Positions 26,552 through 39,630 are shown, numbered from the whole stretch's first letter. The stretch is DNA of 62,943 bases, filler included, from Octopus bimaculoides (GCF_001194135.2; 3 parts of 3 records of this genome joined end to end with filler, not necessarily neighbours in it), one strand, 5' to 3'. Notes: generated from the sequence alone by a model not told the origin. Translations and numbers: made by a program.

Positions 26552-27071
26552 ACCTGTTCACCTAGTATAACACCGCCATCCCATCTAGTGCAGCAGTTGA
26601 GTGCCTATTTTTTATAGGCAAAGATATTTTGAGGGTCAAGAGAGCCACAGACAGATGGTAACTTTGAGAGGCTGATGTTTATGAAGGGCAACCAGCATCA
26701 AGTTGAGGTGATGGAGAAGACCCAGCCAGAGTAGTACACCTGGATCACCAATTGATCGTGGCATGTCACCTATGCTGAAAAACTAATGTTTAATTTCATT
26801 TGTTCATTTAATTATCTGCGTACATCTTGATCATCATCTGATCTTGGCATGCTATACCTTTTTGGAAAGCTCTGTCTAACCTACAACATGAAGATTTCAG
26901 TCCTCTAGGTCTGTTTAAAGGGTTTTAGACCCCAAAAAACAAAACCGAAGCTAAATTCATGACAAAAGTTAGCAGCTATTAGATCGCGTTAGCTTCTGCG
27001 AATTTTTTTTACCTGTTTAGCGGATTAGCGGTTAGCGAAGCTAACTTTTTGGTTAGCTGTGCCCAACACTG
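26552..27071 (+). mobile_element. hAT-family DNA transposon 3' remnant
   Basis: YNTAIPSSAAVECLFFIGKDILRVKRAT/(frameshift)DGNFERLMFMKGN resembles the hAT C-terminal dimerisation domain; the end ...gttagctgtgcccaacactg is a CAGTGTTGGG-type TIR. Confidence 0.75.
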
Positions 27072-27072
27072 A

Positions 27073-27117
<45 letters not shown>

Positions 27118-30100
27118 NNNNNNNNNNNNNNNNNNNNNNNNNNNNNNNNNNNNNNNNNNNNNNNNNNNNNNNNNNNNNNNNNNNNNNNNNNNNNNNNNNN
27201 NNNNNNNNNNNNNNNNNNNNNNNNNNNNNNNNNNNNNNNNNNNNNNNNNNNNNNNNNNNNNNNNNNNNNNNNNNNNNNNNNNNNNNNNNNNNNNNNNNNN
27301 NNNNNNNNNNNNNNNNNNNNNNNNNNNNNNNNNNNNNNNNNNNNNNNNNNNNNNNNNNNNNNNNNNNNNNNNNNNNNNNNNNNNNNNNNNNNNNNNNNNN
27401 NNNNNNNNNNNNNNNNNNNNNNNNNNNNNNNNNNNNNNNNNNNNNNNNNNNNNNNNNNNNNNNNNNNNNNNNNNNNNNNNNNNNNNNNNNNNNNNNNNNN
27501 NNNNNNNNNNNNNNNNNNNNNNNNNNNNNNNNNNNNNNNNNNNNNNNNNNNNNNNNNNNNNNNNNNNNNNNNNNNNNNNNNNNNNNNNNNNNNNNNNNNN
27601 NNNNNNNNNNNNNNNNNNNNNNNNNNNNNNNNNNNNNNNNNNNNNNNNNNNNNNNATATACATGTGTGTGTGTGTGTATGTGGAGAGAGAGAGAGAGAGA
27701 GAGAGAGAAATCTAGGATAGATTAAACGAAGTTCTTAAAATACGCTTCATCATACTTTTTATTAAATGATCGCAGTAGAAATGTACCGAATAACCTTATT
27801 AGGTTTTTAGACTATTGACACAATATTTTAGTGTCTCAGTTAACCAGAGAGAATTAGCTATGATTAGGGGGCGACATTTCAAGTTGAGCTACAGTTTTAT
27901 ACCTCCAAGGATCAAAGTGCGGTACTAAGCTCTGTAAACTTACTTTTTCCCTTTCTTCTTTTCTAATTTCTAACTACCTAAATTCCCTCGTTTTCATTTT
28001 GTTTTCTTTTTGTTTATCATCCTGTTTTCTTTCTCACATTCTTATCGTCTACTCTTTCCTTTTGTTTTCTTTTCTTCTCTTTCTTTCACAAACTTCCTCT
28101 TTCTACATATTTTGCCTGTCTCTTTATAATAGGCACACACGCATATATAGGCACATGCATACATACATACATACATGTATAAATACATACATATAAATAA
28201 GATTTAAAAAATATGTATATGTGGAAATATATATATATATAGGCGTATATATAGATATGTATGTTATATGTATGTGTTTCTATGTGGCTTGCTTGTTTGT
28301 TGTACCTTGTTTATCATTTTGTCNNNNNNNNNNNNNNNNNNNNNNNNNNNNNNNNNNNNNNNNNNNNNNNNNNNNNNNNNNNNNNNNNNNNNNNNNNNNN
28401 NNNNNNNNNNNNNNNNNNNNNNNTGGTAAGCAAGCTACTTACCACACAGCTACTCCTGCGCCTATGTATATATTTATATATGTTTGTATGTGCATTTATA
28501 CATGTATATGTATAAGTTTCAGAAGATATTAGAATAATGGAATAAAATTCTGTCATAATCAGAGATCTCCCAAAAATCTATTTCCTTAATGTTTAACTAC
28601 TGTTTCCGGCGCACATATTTATGCAATTTTGATTTTGAAGTATTTAAAAAAAATATTTGGATATCATAAAGAGAAACGAATGGTAGATTTGGACTGTCCG
28701 TATCTTAAAACCACGAATTATGGGTGGGTTTTGAAAAAACAATTTTTTCTTTTTTTTTTTTTTTTGCATAATCGTATCAAATCTGTTATGTAGACGACAA
28801 TCGAGAGCATTTTGTAAAAATCCATAGAAATATAAAAGTTATGAGGGAGTTTTAGCACGTGCTTACTACATACTTCCACCGAGTAAGCACTATGCAATAA
28901 TTACTTTTAGATATCTTATATCACAAAAGCAAACCAAATCGGTTGAATAGATCGTAAGATTGAACCGCGAAATACAAATTTCAAATAGCGTTGACGGTAA
29001 TTTTTGTTTTCGTGCATGCGCACAAACATGTACTCCAGTCTGGAAAAGGCTATGACTGGTGAAAATGTATCACTTGGCATGCGTAACAGGACATACAGAG
29101 AAACATCTTTTCTTTTTTAAGTATATATACTAATGATCTGATATATGTGTGTTTGTATGTGTGTATGTGTGTGTCTGTGTGTGTGCATATATGGGTACAA
29201 AAAGTCATCAGCAGTAAACAACATGAAATACGAAAACAAAAGAGTTAAATACGTAAATAACGAGAGAAAATGGGGAAAACAAGACAAGTAATACAAAAAA
29301 TACAAAGAATGACCCTTCATCAGTTGTCGGTTATCTATCTACTCCCCATTTCGAGCAGTCAACGACAATATGAGTCTTCGAAGACAGTTGCTCTCATGAA
29401 TACCAAAATAAAATTTTGGATTTATGGAGGGTCAAAGTTCTACAACTGATGAAGGGTCAAAGTTCTACAACTGATGAAGGGTCAATTTTATTATTGTTTT
29501 AATCGAAAAAAGTTACATGTTGACACTCTTGAGGTGTGATAGTATTAGCATGTAAAATTCGATTTGATTTGGTTGAGCCGTTTGAGAATGCATTGGGAAC
29601 AGACAGAGATACAAAGGATTCTATATATATAGATTATATATTTATTATTTGGTTGTTATTTTTATTTTTTACCCTTATACTATATTTTTATTTATTAATG
29701 CTATTTAAAAAAAATTATAGCATATACATACACAGAATAAATATATATTTCTTAATTTTCTTAGACTATTGATAAATCCAATCCATCAACATGTAACCCT
29801 TTCTATTGTACTCTAGCCCTGATAATATTCTACCCAATATTATTCAAAATGCTATTTTATTCTAATCTTTAGATTTATTCCAATCTTTGAATTTGCAACT
29901 ATATATTGGACTGAATTGAAATGTTCGTAGGCTTTATTTGGCAGTATGTTAATAAACTAATTTTATATCCTTACCAACTCTACATTCTTCTTCTTTAATC
30001 ATACTGACACACACACACNNNNNNNNNNNNNNNNNNNNNNNNNNNNNNNNNNNNNNNNNNNNNNNNNNNNNNNNNNNNNNNNNNNNNNNNNNNNNNNNNN

Positions 30101-30534
30101 NNNNNNNNNNNNNNNNNNNNNNNNNNNNNNNNNNNNNNNNNNNNNNNNNNNNNNNNNNNNNNNNNNNNNNNNNNNNNNNNNNNNNNNNNNNNNNNNNNNN
30201 NNNNNNNNNNNNNNNNNNNNNNNNNNNNNNNNNNNNNNNNNNNNNNNNNNNNNNNNNNNNNNNNNNNNNNNNNNNNNNNNNNNNNNNNNNNNNNNNNNNN
30301 NNNNNNNNNNNNNNNNNNNNNNNNNNNNNNNNNNNNNNNNNNNNNNNNNNNNNNNNNNNNNNNNNNNNNNNNNNNNNNNNNNNNNNNNNNNNNNNNNNNN
30401 NNNNNNNNNNNNNNNNNNNNNNNNNNNNNNNNNNNNNNNNNNNNNNNNNNNNNNNNNNNNNNNNNNNNNNNNNNNNNNNNNNNNNNNNNNNNNNNNNNNN
30501 NNNNNNNNNNNNNNNNNNNNNNNNNNNNNNNNNN

Positions 30535-30581
<47 letters not shown>

Positions 30582-30660
30582 AACACTAGAAATGAAATAA
30601 GGAACATAAATAACCCTGAATGACTAACGTTATTTTGTTAATTTCAGCAACTGTAAAAGA

Positions 30661-30713
30661 CTATTTCAAGCATGTCCCAGTCTTATCAGATCTCTTCAGT
30701 TGATCACTGACTT
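30661..30713 (-). CDS. Candidate terminal exon of the chitin-binding protein (EVSDQLKRSDKTGTCLK*)
   Basis: tttgcag acceptor in a compatible phase, open to TAG; an alternative acceptor (exon start 30650) is also in frame, so the choice is unresolved. Confidence 0.35.
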
Positions 30714-30976
30714 CTGCAAACTTAACGAGATAATAAAGCTGTTCTTAAGTAGATGTGTCCATACCATCTTTAAAAAAAAAGAAGCATTAAGTCCTGTATA
30801 CTCATGGCTTCCTTGCTCATAGGGAAAATACGGAAAATACGGCTACAATGTCTTTTATTGTAGGTTTATTCGATTAGGACTGGCCTAGGCTTAAACAACA
30901 AGCAAAAACAATAGTAACAACATCAACATCAACAACAACGGCAATCTTTTGCATTGTCTCAAAACCGTTTACTCAC

Positions 30977-31198
30977 CTTCTGTAGTTCCTGTAGCTCGAT
31001 TTGTGTTGCAAGTATATTCATTTAAACTTTGACAACTTTGCGCATCTGGATTAAAAAGGAAACCAAGAGGACAAGCCATGCGAAGAGGTACAAAGTTGTT
31101 GCACCAGATATAGGTCTGACAAGTAGCGAGGAGTGGGTCTGCAAAATAACCCTGTGCCACTGGGCACGGTCCTTGACTTGTAGTTGCTGATATCGAAA
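30977..31198 (-). CDS. Chitin-binding protein, exon 2: peritrophin-A / CBM14 (ChtBD2) domain
   Basis: Acceptor ttttcttttatatcctaccag; donor AAG|GTGAGT; 222-nt phase 1-1 exon; six Cys spaced C-x14-C-x5-C-x9-C-x12-C-x7-C with the expected aromatics (YFAD, YIWC, CPLGFLFN). Confidence 0.88.
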
Positions 31199-31664
31199 CT
31201 GGTAGGATATAAAAGAAAAATAGTTTTAATCGATTGAGAAAGTTAGTTTTTTTTTGTTTTTTTTTTGGTTTGTAGTTTCGATTGAGAGGGGAATAAAAGA
31301 AGGGACTCTGCTCTGCCCTTGAGCAAATCGATGCGGTTCATTTTCAGTTTAGATAGAGGACGTCTGCTGCAATGAGGGAACCTCTATGTAATCAGTTGTT
31401 CTGCTAGAAATAGCAACTAAACCTCTTTCGAATTAACTGCGTTCAACTGTCTTAAATGAGGATTCCTATAGTAATATACACTGAGGTAAACAGAAGGACC
31501 CTCTGGCACCTAGGCAAGAGCATGCAGCATTAATAATCAGTCGAATAACTGAAGTAGGGTACACATAGCATGTTTAAACCAGCTCTCTATTTGTCGCCCG
31601 TAGATACAGAAGATTCATATGAAAATATGATTTCGTATTTGCGTTTATTATATTGTTTTATGCG

Positions 31665-31885
31665 TCAGAGCGGTGACCTAGCGGAATCGTTAGCACAACG
31701 GAGAAAATACTTATTGGCATCTCATCTGTATTTACGTTCTGAGATCAAACTCCGGGAAGGTCAACTTTGCTTTTCATCCTTCCGAGGTTAATAAAGTAAG
31801 TACCAGTTGAGTACTGGACTGATGTAATGGACTAACCCCTTCCCCAGAAATTTCATTCCTTGTTCATAATGGCAGAAACGATTAT
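31665..31885 (+). mobile_element. tRNA-derived SINE (family 2), diverged
   Basis: Colinear with 32635-32851. Confidence 0.75.
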
Positions 31886-32634
31886 ATATTCTAAGACAAG
31901 AGGCGGTGAGCTGGGTGAATCGTTAGTCCACCTGACAAAATGTTTCGTGGTATTTCGTCCAATTCTTTACGTTCTAAGTTCAAATTCCACCCCTAAAAAA
32001 TAGCGTAAGTGTGGGAAGAAGAGGGGGAGGTTAAGTGTTAGCAGTGTGGATAATGAAAAAAAGGGGAAAATACGGTATGACGGAGTGGTGTAAGAGGAGC
32101 GAGAAGAAAGTGATGGCAAGAATTTTGAGAGCAATGAAAAATCTAACCTAAAAACTTTATAAAAGAATTAAATTTAAAGAACTGAATCGATAGGGTGTAA
32201 GCAACAACAAATGTTTAAAAATGAAGACAAAACATCATTGGACCATGACTAGATCTTTTAAGTGTCAACTATATACCGTGTGTGTGTAGTCAAATCGAGC
32301 ATTAAAAATCGAATATTAAAAATAAGAAATAACAAAGCAAAGACGTACACATGGAATACATACATATATACATACATGCATGCATATGTACATACTTATG
32401 AGTTTGTCTATGCATGTATGCACATGTTTAAATACGACTAGGTATATTTAATGTGTTAGTTTATGTCGTTTAACATAATAGTGTTGTTGTTGTCGTTCAA
32501 CTCCAAGTTACCTCTTGATCTAGAAGTCAACGAACAAAGAAATCTCAAACATTATCTTCCGCCTTGTTTCCTTGTTTCTTTTGTGGGGGGGGGCGGAGGA
32601 AGGTATGGTGTCTCGTAGTATAGGGCAACATTAA

Positions 32635-32851
32635 GGCGGTGAGCTGGCCAGAAACGTTAGCACGCCGGTCGAAATGCCGAGCGGTATTTCGCCCGTCGCT
32701 ACGTTCTGAGTTCAAATTCCACCGAAGTCGACTTTGCCTTTCATCCTTTCGGGATCGATAAACTAAGTGCCACTTGCGTACTTGGGTCAATCTAATCGAC
32801 TGGCCCCACCTCCCCAAAAATTTCGGGCTTTGTGCCTAGTGAAGAAAAGAA
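32635..32851 (+). mobile_element. Full-length tRNA-derived SINE (family 2) with 16-bp TSD, inside intron 1 of the chitin-binding gene
   Basis: TSD TATAGGGCAACATTAA at 32619-32634 and 32852-32867; A/B-box head. Confidence 0.92.
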
Positions 32852-33052
32852 TATAGGGCAACATTAAACTATCCTTTTTGAAATTTTTAAGATTGTAAAG
32901 TATGATCTGCGGAAAATATTTGCTATTTCTAGCAGATGTACAAAACTGGTAATTTGTACAAAATGAAAAGAAATAGATGCAAGAATTATATTTTTCTGAT
33001 TGTGAAAGTTGCTTAGAAAAAAAAAAACAAGATGAAAATTGAATATACCTAC

Positions 33053-33089
33053 CCAACATAATATTGATAAAGAGAAGAAATTTTACCAT
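33053..33089 (-). CDS. Chitin-binding protein, exon 1 (signal peptide start MVKFLLFINIML)
   Basis: ATG at 33089; donor G|GTAGGT in phase 1; splices in frame to 31198 to give MVKFLLFINIMLVSISA-TTSQGPC... Confidence 0.65.
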
Positions 33090-33892
33090 GATCTAAACTC
33101 CGTTATATCCTTATGAACTTTATTTTCTCAACTGTGAATATCATCCGGTAGAAACTGATATTTAAACTGATTTCGGTAATGACATTCTTGTCAAATGTTC
33201 AAAGAGTTCCACAGTAGATGTTTATTTGCACAGCTGAGCGATTTACTAGTCAAAGATTACCGTCTTTAGTCGCACACATTCTAGAATTCAAAGTGCAATC
33301 CCATAAGTCTACCATCACGTTTTACATGCCAAATTATTGTGCTAAAAGATTTAGGCCGGCAAATTTATGATGTAACATTGCATGCGAAGTTTAAGAAAAT
33401 AGCACGGAGTTATTAATTTTACTATATTTTAAATGCATACTTAACCACATGTCAATAGTTATCAGTAGGAATAATGTTTCGTAGCTATCAGTAGGAATAA
33501 TGGAGGTATGTGATCGAGGAACGTTTATTTGTTTATTTAACAGATTTCAAAGAAAACTTATCGATACACACACTTGTGTATATGGGTGGTGTTTGGTTCA
33601 AAATTCTACAAAAAAAATGTTTTAATGAAAAACTGAGGCTGGTGAAACAGCAACAAACAGAGTGTATTAGTTTGACGTTCAGGAAAAATGGAAGAAGTCT
33701 GTGACGTGACGAGACTATGTTCTTCTACAAAAATGAATAAGGAGAGAAAACTGCACGCGTGTGTGTGTGTATACACGTGCACACACATACGTACATATAT
33801 AGTATACAAAAAAAACGACAATATTTCTTCGTGCAAACTTTAACAGAATACTTAATAAGGATATATTCAGTCTTAGAGAAGTAATTATAATG

Positions 33893-33999
33893 CAGTAGTC
33901 CTCCGGTATTCTCGGGGGTTACGTTCCTAGAGCAACCGCGAATATTGGACGTGGTCAACAAAAATATCTATAATGTCAAGATATAACGTAAAAGATTAA

Positions 34000-34038
<39 letters not shown>

Positions 34039-34039
34039 T

Positions 34040-34101
<62 letters not shown>

Positions 34102-36023
34102 TAATAATAATTTAATAGGAAATAAAGTAAAATGTACGGTTACACACCAATAATGAATGATATTGATTTAAGACGACGATGATGAAAATAATGAAGGTAA
34201 TGACTGCACATTAAAGAAAATATAAAGCTCTTCAGGTGAAGCCTCTTCTGCAAGTGTTTTAGGGGGTGTCGTATCTTCCTGCAAGGCTTTCTTGACGGGT
34301 TTGAGGAACATTGTAACGGGAAGTTGCTGTCATTGTTTCTTCATGGTGGTGAGGAGAGTTTTATATGTCTGCGTGGCAGCATCGATGACATTTTTTAAAT
34401 TGGAGAGATCGAACCGTATAGGTATCCCATGTTTCCGTCTTATCTTGCAATTTCTTTGACGTCCTTAAAAGGTCGGACAGACTTTCGATTGTCAGGCCCA
34501 CCTCATCCTCCTCTTCCTCTGGATCTGGTGCTTCCTCCTCCTCTTCGCTGGCAGACTTAGTTAACTCGAACAAATCTTCGTCTGTCACCGTTTCAGAGTG
34601 GGCATCGATGAGATTGTTGACCTCATCTTGCGATATGTCGTCAAAACCTTCGCCTCCAAGTACCTTTGCCAGTTTCACCACATTGTTGACAGCCTCGTGC
34701 TGAATATCTTCAAGTGAGAAGCCCTCGTAGTCCTGGACACCCTCTGGCCACACCTTCTTCCAGCATGCGATGTGGGTTTCTTTTTTCATGTCTTTAAAAG
34801 CAGCGTGGATGACTGACAGGTACATTGCGATCGTGAAGTTATGCCAGTACTCCTTTAACTTGAAATTCTCGTCCGAATCCATTGCATCCACAAGGTGCTG
34901 GAGAGAGTTCCGAGTGTAAAGTGCTTTGAAGGAACGGATCACGCCTTGATCCATAGGCTGGATGGGGGATGTGGTGTTAGCAGGGAGCATCCAGTGGACA
35001 GGCAGCAGGTTTTTATTATTTCTGAAAGCCCTCAGGTTTGCGGACTTGCAGATAAGTCCTGGTTTCATCATGAGGCCAATAGCATAATTAGCGACACTCT
35101 GTCTTTCTGTGCCTTAAATCGTGGGGCTCTGGCTTCTTCCTTCATGATGTATGCTCTGGAAGCCATCTTCTTCCAGAACAAGCCAGTCTCGTCCATATTG
35201 AAAACCTGTTCTGGCTTGTATCCCTTGTCCTCGATGATCTACTTGAAGGCCTCAAGTTACTTCTCGGCGGCTTCTTTGTCGGCTGATGCTGTCTCTCCAT
35301 GCAGGGAAACACTTTATTTTAGACCGTTTCTGGAAGGAAACGGTCAAAATATCCCTTGCTGGCTTGAAAATCTTTGGGCTCCGGTGCTGTCAATGGTCTT
35401 GGCTACAGTTCTTCGATGCTTTCTGTTCCGTTTCCTCTGTCGAACTGCTGGTATAATTTCCGCGCTTTCTCGCAGATGATGTTACCACTGAAGGGAATAT
35501 TTTTCTTCTTGCAGTTACTGATCCACAATACCAAGGTAGATTCCATCCTGACCAAATGCTTATTTCTCACTGTCGTTTTGGCACTTTCACAGAATCTTAC
35601 TGCTACGGTAGACCTGATCGCTACCTCATTCTTCTTTATGTATCGTATAGTGCTTTCATTGACATCATAACAGCGACCTACTGCAGCATAACTTTTACCT
35701 TCCCAGAACATATCCAGCAGTTGTCCCTTCTCATGGAGTGCCATAATCTTTTTTCTGGCGCTTAGGTTCACTGCCAGAAGCCTTAGAAGGTGTAGGGCGT
35801 TTGGGTGGCATCTTAGGGCTTTAATAACATGCTGTGAAAACCACAACACTCAACAAAACACTTGATATAGCTACTGGATGCAGTTTTTCTCCAAAACGTA
35901 CAAAAAAACCTTTGCGTCTAATATGCGCATATCACCAATGGGAGATTGAGCAGAGATTAAAAATAATCATGGCTTTGAAAAATTTAGTTTGTATTACCAC
36001 TCGATACAGTAATCTATACTATG

Positions 36024-36109
<86 letters not shown>

Positions 36110-36209
36110 AGATATATTACCACGAAAGAAGTCACAATATTTACGATTCCGTGAATATGCGGTGGTTTCCGCGAACANNNNNNNNNNNNNNGGGGGGGGG
36201 GGCACACTG
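33893..36209 (-). mobile_element. Tigger/pogo-family DNA transposon with a pseudogenised transposase
   Basis: Ends CAGTAGTCCTCC and CAGTGTGCCCCC (TA at the right flank); CENP-B-type HTH region 35403-35780; VFNMDETGLFWKK; LPANTTSPIQPMDQGVI; stops, frameshifts and internal deletions. Confidence 0.9.
36020..36107. repeat. (AAT)n microsatellite inside the Tigger element
   Basis: Directly visible. Confidence 0.95.
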
Positions 36210-36266
36210 TACATAAAAATAGCACGTGAAAACTAAAACACACACAAGCATACACACACATATACG

Positions 36267-36402
<136 letters not shown>

Positions 36403-36569
36403 GGTGCAAAAATACAAATATAAGAACATATATCCATACATGTACATGCATGGATACATGCGCACATACACACAACAACATTTCCATGTGATTCGTTTGA
36501 GCAATTGCCAAGATCTCTTCACATGAAACCATTGATTATCTTGTTTACTCACAACTAAAGTGTATATAT

Positions 36570-37169
36570 AAAGCAAATAATTAACAAGGATGTTCAGGTA
36601 TTAGTGCATTACGGCCGTTTCAAGCAGCTCCATTTAATCAAACAATGTAAGCATTACATCAATTTGAAATGAACTGCTCTCCTTGGATGAGTATAACCAT
36701 ATAGATTTCCAGCATACAGGATAATCCATTATAATTATTTAGCAAATTTTTCATCAGTACTAGAGACTAAAATAATTATCTTTTTGCTATTATGGCAGTA
36801 GAATGAATTTAGGCAAAACAAAAAAATGCTACTATAATTTAGAGTGGCATAAGAAAATAATGGAGACCAAGAAAGAAGAATGGTGATATAGATACATTCA
36901 TCTTTATTTTTATCGCGTTCAAAAGACTCAATGCAATCGGGTCTTTTGAAGGTGATAAGGATAGAGATGTAGTTATACCATCTTTCCTCTTTCTTGCTAA
37001 AAAATTATATTGGAGTAACCTGTATGTTGGAAATCTATATGGTTATTTGCTTCCGAGGAAAGCGGTTTCTTTCAAATTGATGTAATGTTTGCATTGATCG
37101 ATTAAATGGAGCTGCTTGAAACAGGCGTAATGCACTAATACCTGGACATCCTTGTTACTTATTTGCTTT
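36570..37169. mobile_element. MITE-like element with ~155-bp terminal inverted repeats
   Basis: 36570-36727 is the reverse complement of 37011-37169 with scattered mismatches. Confidence 0.8.
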
Positions 37170-37257
37170 TTATTCACCTAGTCTTTTAAGCTGTGCAGAC
37201 AATACCAGACTGACTTGGCACCTCAACTAAAGTACTTTATTCAACTGAATCTTAACT

Positions 37258-37547
37258 TATATATTTATGTATGTATGGGTATGTATGTATATATGTGTAT
37301 ATGTATGTATGTATATATGTGTATATGTATGTATATATATATATATATGTGTATATGTATATATATATGTATGTGTATATGTATGTGTATATGTATATAT
37401 ATGTGTATATGTATATATGTATATATATATGTATGTATATGCATATGTATGTATGTATATGTGTGTATATGTATGCATATGTGTGTATGTGTATGCATAT
37501 ATATGTGTGTATATACATTTGTATATATATATGAATATATATTTTTG

Positions 37548-37582
<35 letters not shown>

Positions 37583-37674
37583 ATGTATATATATATTGTA
37601 TATATGTGTATATATATATGTATATGTATGTGTATGTATATATGTATATATGTATGTATGTGTATATATATGTA

Positions 37675-37715
<41 letters not shown>

Positions 37716-37974
37716 ATGTATATATATGTATATATGTATATATGTATATATATGTGTATATTTGTATATATATGTATATATATATATGTATATATATATG
37801 TATATATATATATGTATATATGTATATATATATGTATATATGTATATATATATGTATATATGTGTATATATATGTATATACAAGTATATATATATGTATA
37901 TATGTGTAGATATATGTGTGTATATATATGTTTATATGTATATATGTATATGTATATATGTATATGTATATATA
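37258..37974. repeat. ~720-bp degenerate (TA)/(TG) microsatellite
   Basis: Directly visible; source of many spurious ORFs. Confidence 0.95.
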
Positions 37975-37987
37975 TTTTCTCTTCTTG

Positions 37988-38028
37988 TTTCTTTCTGTCG
38001 AAGTGCATATGCTCGAAACGTTAAAGAC
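37988..38028 (+). ncRNA. Minimal hammerhead-like motif with variant core (CTGTCGA)
   Basis: TCTTT-CTGTCGA-a-GtGC atat GCtC-GAAA-CG-TT-AAAGA; same repeat family as 47112. Confidence 0.4.
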
Positions 38029-38474
38029 TTTTTCACTTCCCGAGGAACGTTAAATTACTTCATGTTCAATAGTAAGTGTTCCTGTATCCAGAATGTTATT
38101 GTGCTATTTTCAAACACGATATTTAGGCCACTTCCAGAAGAAAGTCATCTGACTCGTTGGTAAAGGCTTACTCATCAACGTCATCACAACATTTAGCCAA
38201 TAGACATGCTGTGTCCTCTCTATCAGGAAAGACCAATGTTCTGATAAAAGTACACAGCTTCCTTCTTAGGCTTCTAGTTCGATGCTAACAGAAGTGTTTA
38301 AACTGTAATCATTAGATATTCTTGACAAGATATTTGAAGAATATGTAAGGAATATTAAGGCGATGACCAGACAGAATCGTTAGCAAACCGGACAAAATGC
38401 TTAGCGACATTTGGTCCGTCTTTACGTTCTGAGGTTCAAATGCTGATTTGCATTATTCTGAGTTTCTAAAACAA

Positions 38475-38518
<44 letters not shown>

Positions 38519-39427
38519 CGCGCGCGCACAATGGAAGGAAGATGTTCACTTCATAATCACATGACCTCAGATTCAATTCCACTGCGTGACATGTTGGGCA
38601 TGTGTTTTCTAGTATTGTCTTTAGTCGACAAATGCTTTTTGAGTGAAATCTGTTAACGAAGACAGCTAGAGACCCGTCTTTTGTGTATGCATGTGTTTGT
38701 ATATGCGTGTGTTTGTGCATGTGTGTGTTTATGTGTGCGTGTGTTTGTGCATATGTCACACTTCATATTAACACCTTTCGCCAAAGTGTTCTTCTCTAAG
38801 TCTGTTAACTTACAACTAAACATAAAATACAGTGTGTCAAGGGTTACCAGACACAGTACCAAACATCATACTACCAATCATTTTGAAATAAAATGTTCAT
38901 TACACTAAACTCGCAAAAATTAGTATAGATAACATCTTGTTGTGATTGCTTGTTGCACCATTAACAGAGGTTTCACAGTTTATAGCAGCCATTACTGACC
39001 ATCGCTTGCAGTATAAAATGTGATTATAGAACGAATATTGAAGAAGAGAAGAGAATGTCTAATTATTCAGTTATTCCATACTCATATTTTACATTTTATA
39101 GATAAATTTTATTCCGAGTATATTTTAAATATATATTTTTTTCTCTCCACAGAAAAAAAAATGTTCTCGTTGATAAAACGAAGAAACTATATATCTTAGA
39201 ATTCCCCATGAATTTTCTGGGATCCCCACAAAACAGACAGAGACTAATAGTTAAAGAACAGATAGACTAAATTACCCATGTCTTCTTCTGCTAATAAGAC
39301 CTCAACTTCAACAGTACTCGAATTATCATGTTCTAAATATTCTTATCGGGTTCTAAATATTCTTGAAAGGTTAAATATTCCTCGAAGTTATTTGAATTTG
39401 TCGGGGAAAAGGCTTTCTTCAAAGCTA

Positions 39428-39605
39428 AGTCACAAAATTTCTTGAACAGGCGTCGCTGTGTGGTAAAAAGTTTGCTTCTCAGCCACGTGGTTCTAGGTTC
39501 AGTCCCACTGCGTGGCATCGTAGGCAAGTGTCTTTCAATATACCTTCGGGTCGACCAAAGCCTTGTGAGTGGATTTGATAGACGAAAACTGAAAGAAGCC
39601 CGTCA
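39428..39605 (+). mobile_element. SINE family 1, 5' half
   Basis: gctgtgtggtaa...ggttcagtcccactgcgtggc...gaaagaagcccgtc. Confidence 0.8.
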
Positions 39606-39630
39606 CACGCACACACACACACACACACAT

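Noticed and set aside
37215-38163. Long ORFs of 200-300 aa (and similar ones at 13.3k, 36k, 55.9k, 57.6k, 59.4k and 62.3k)
   Set aside because: Translations of (TA)/(TG)/(CT)/(AAT) microsatellites, which lack stops by composition
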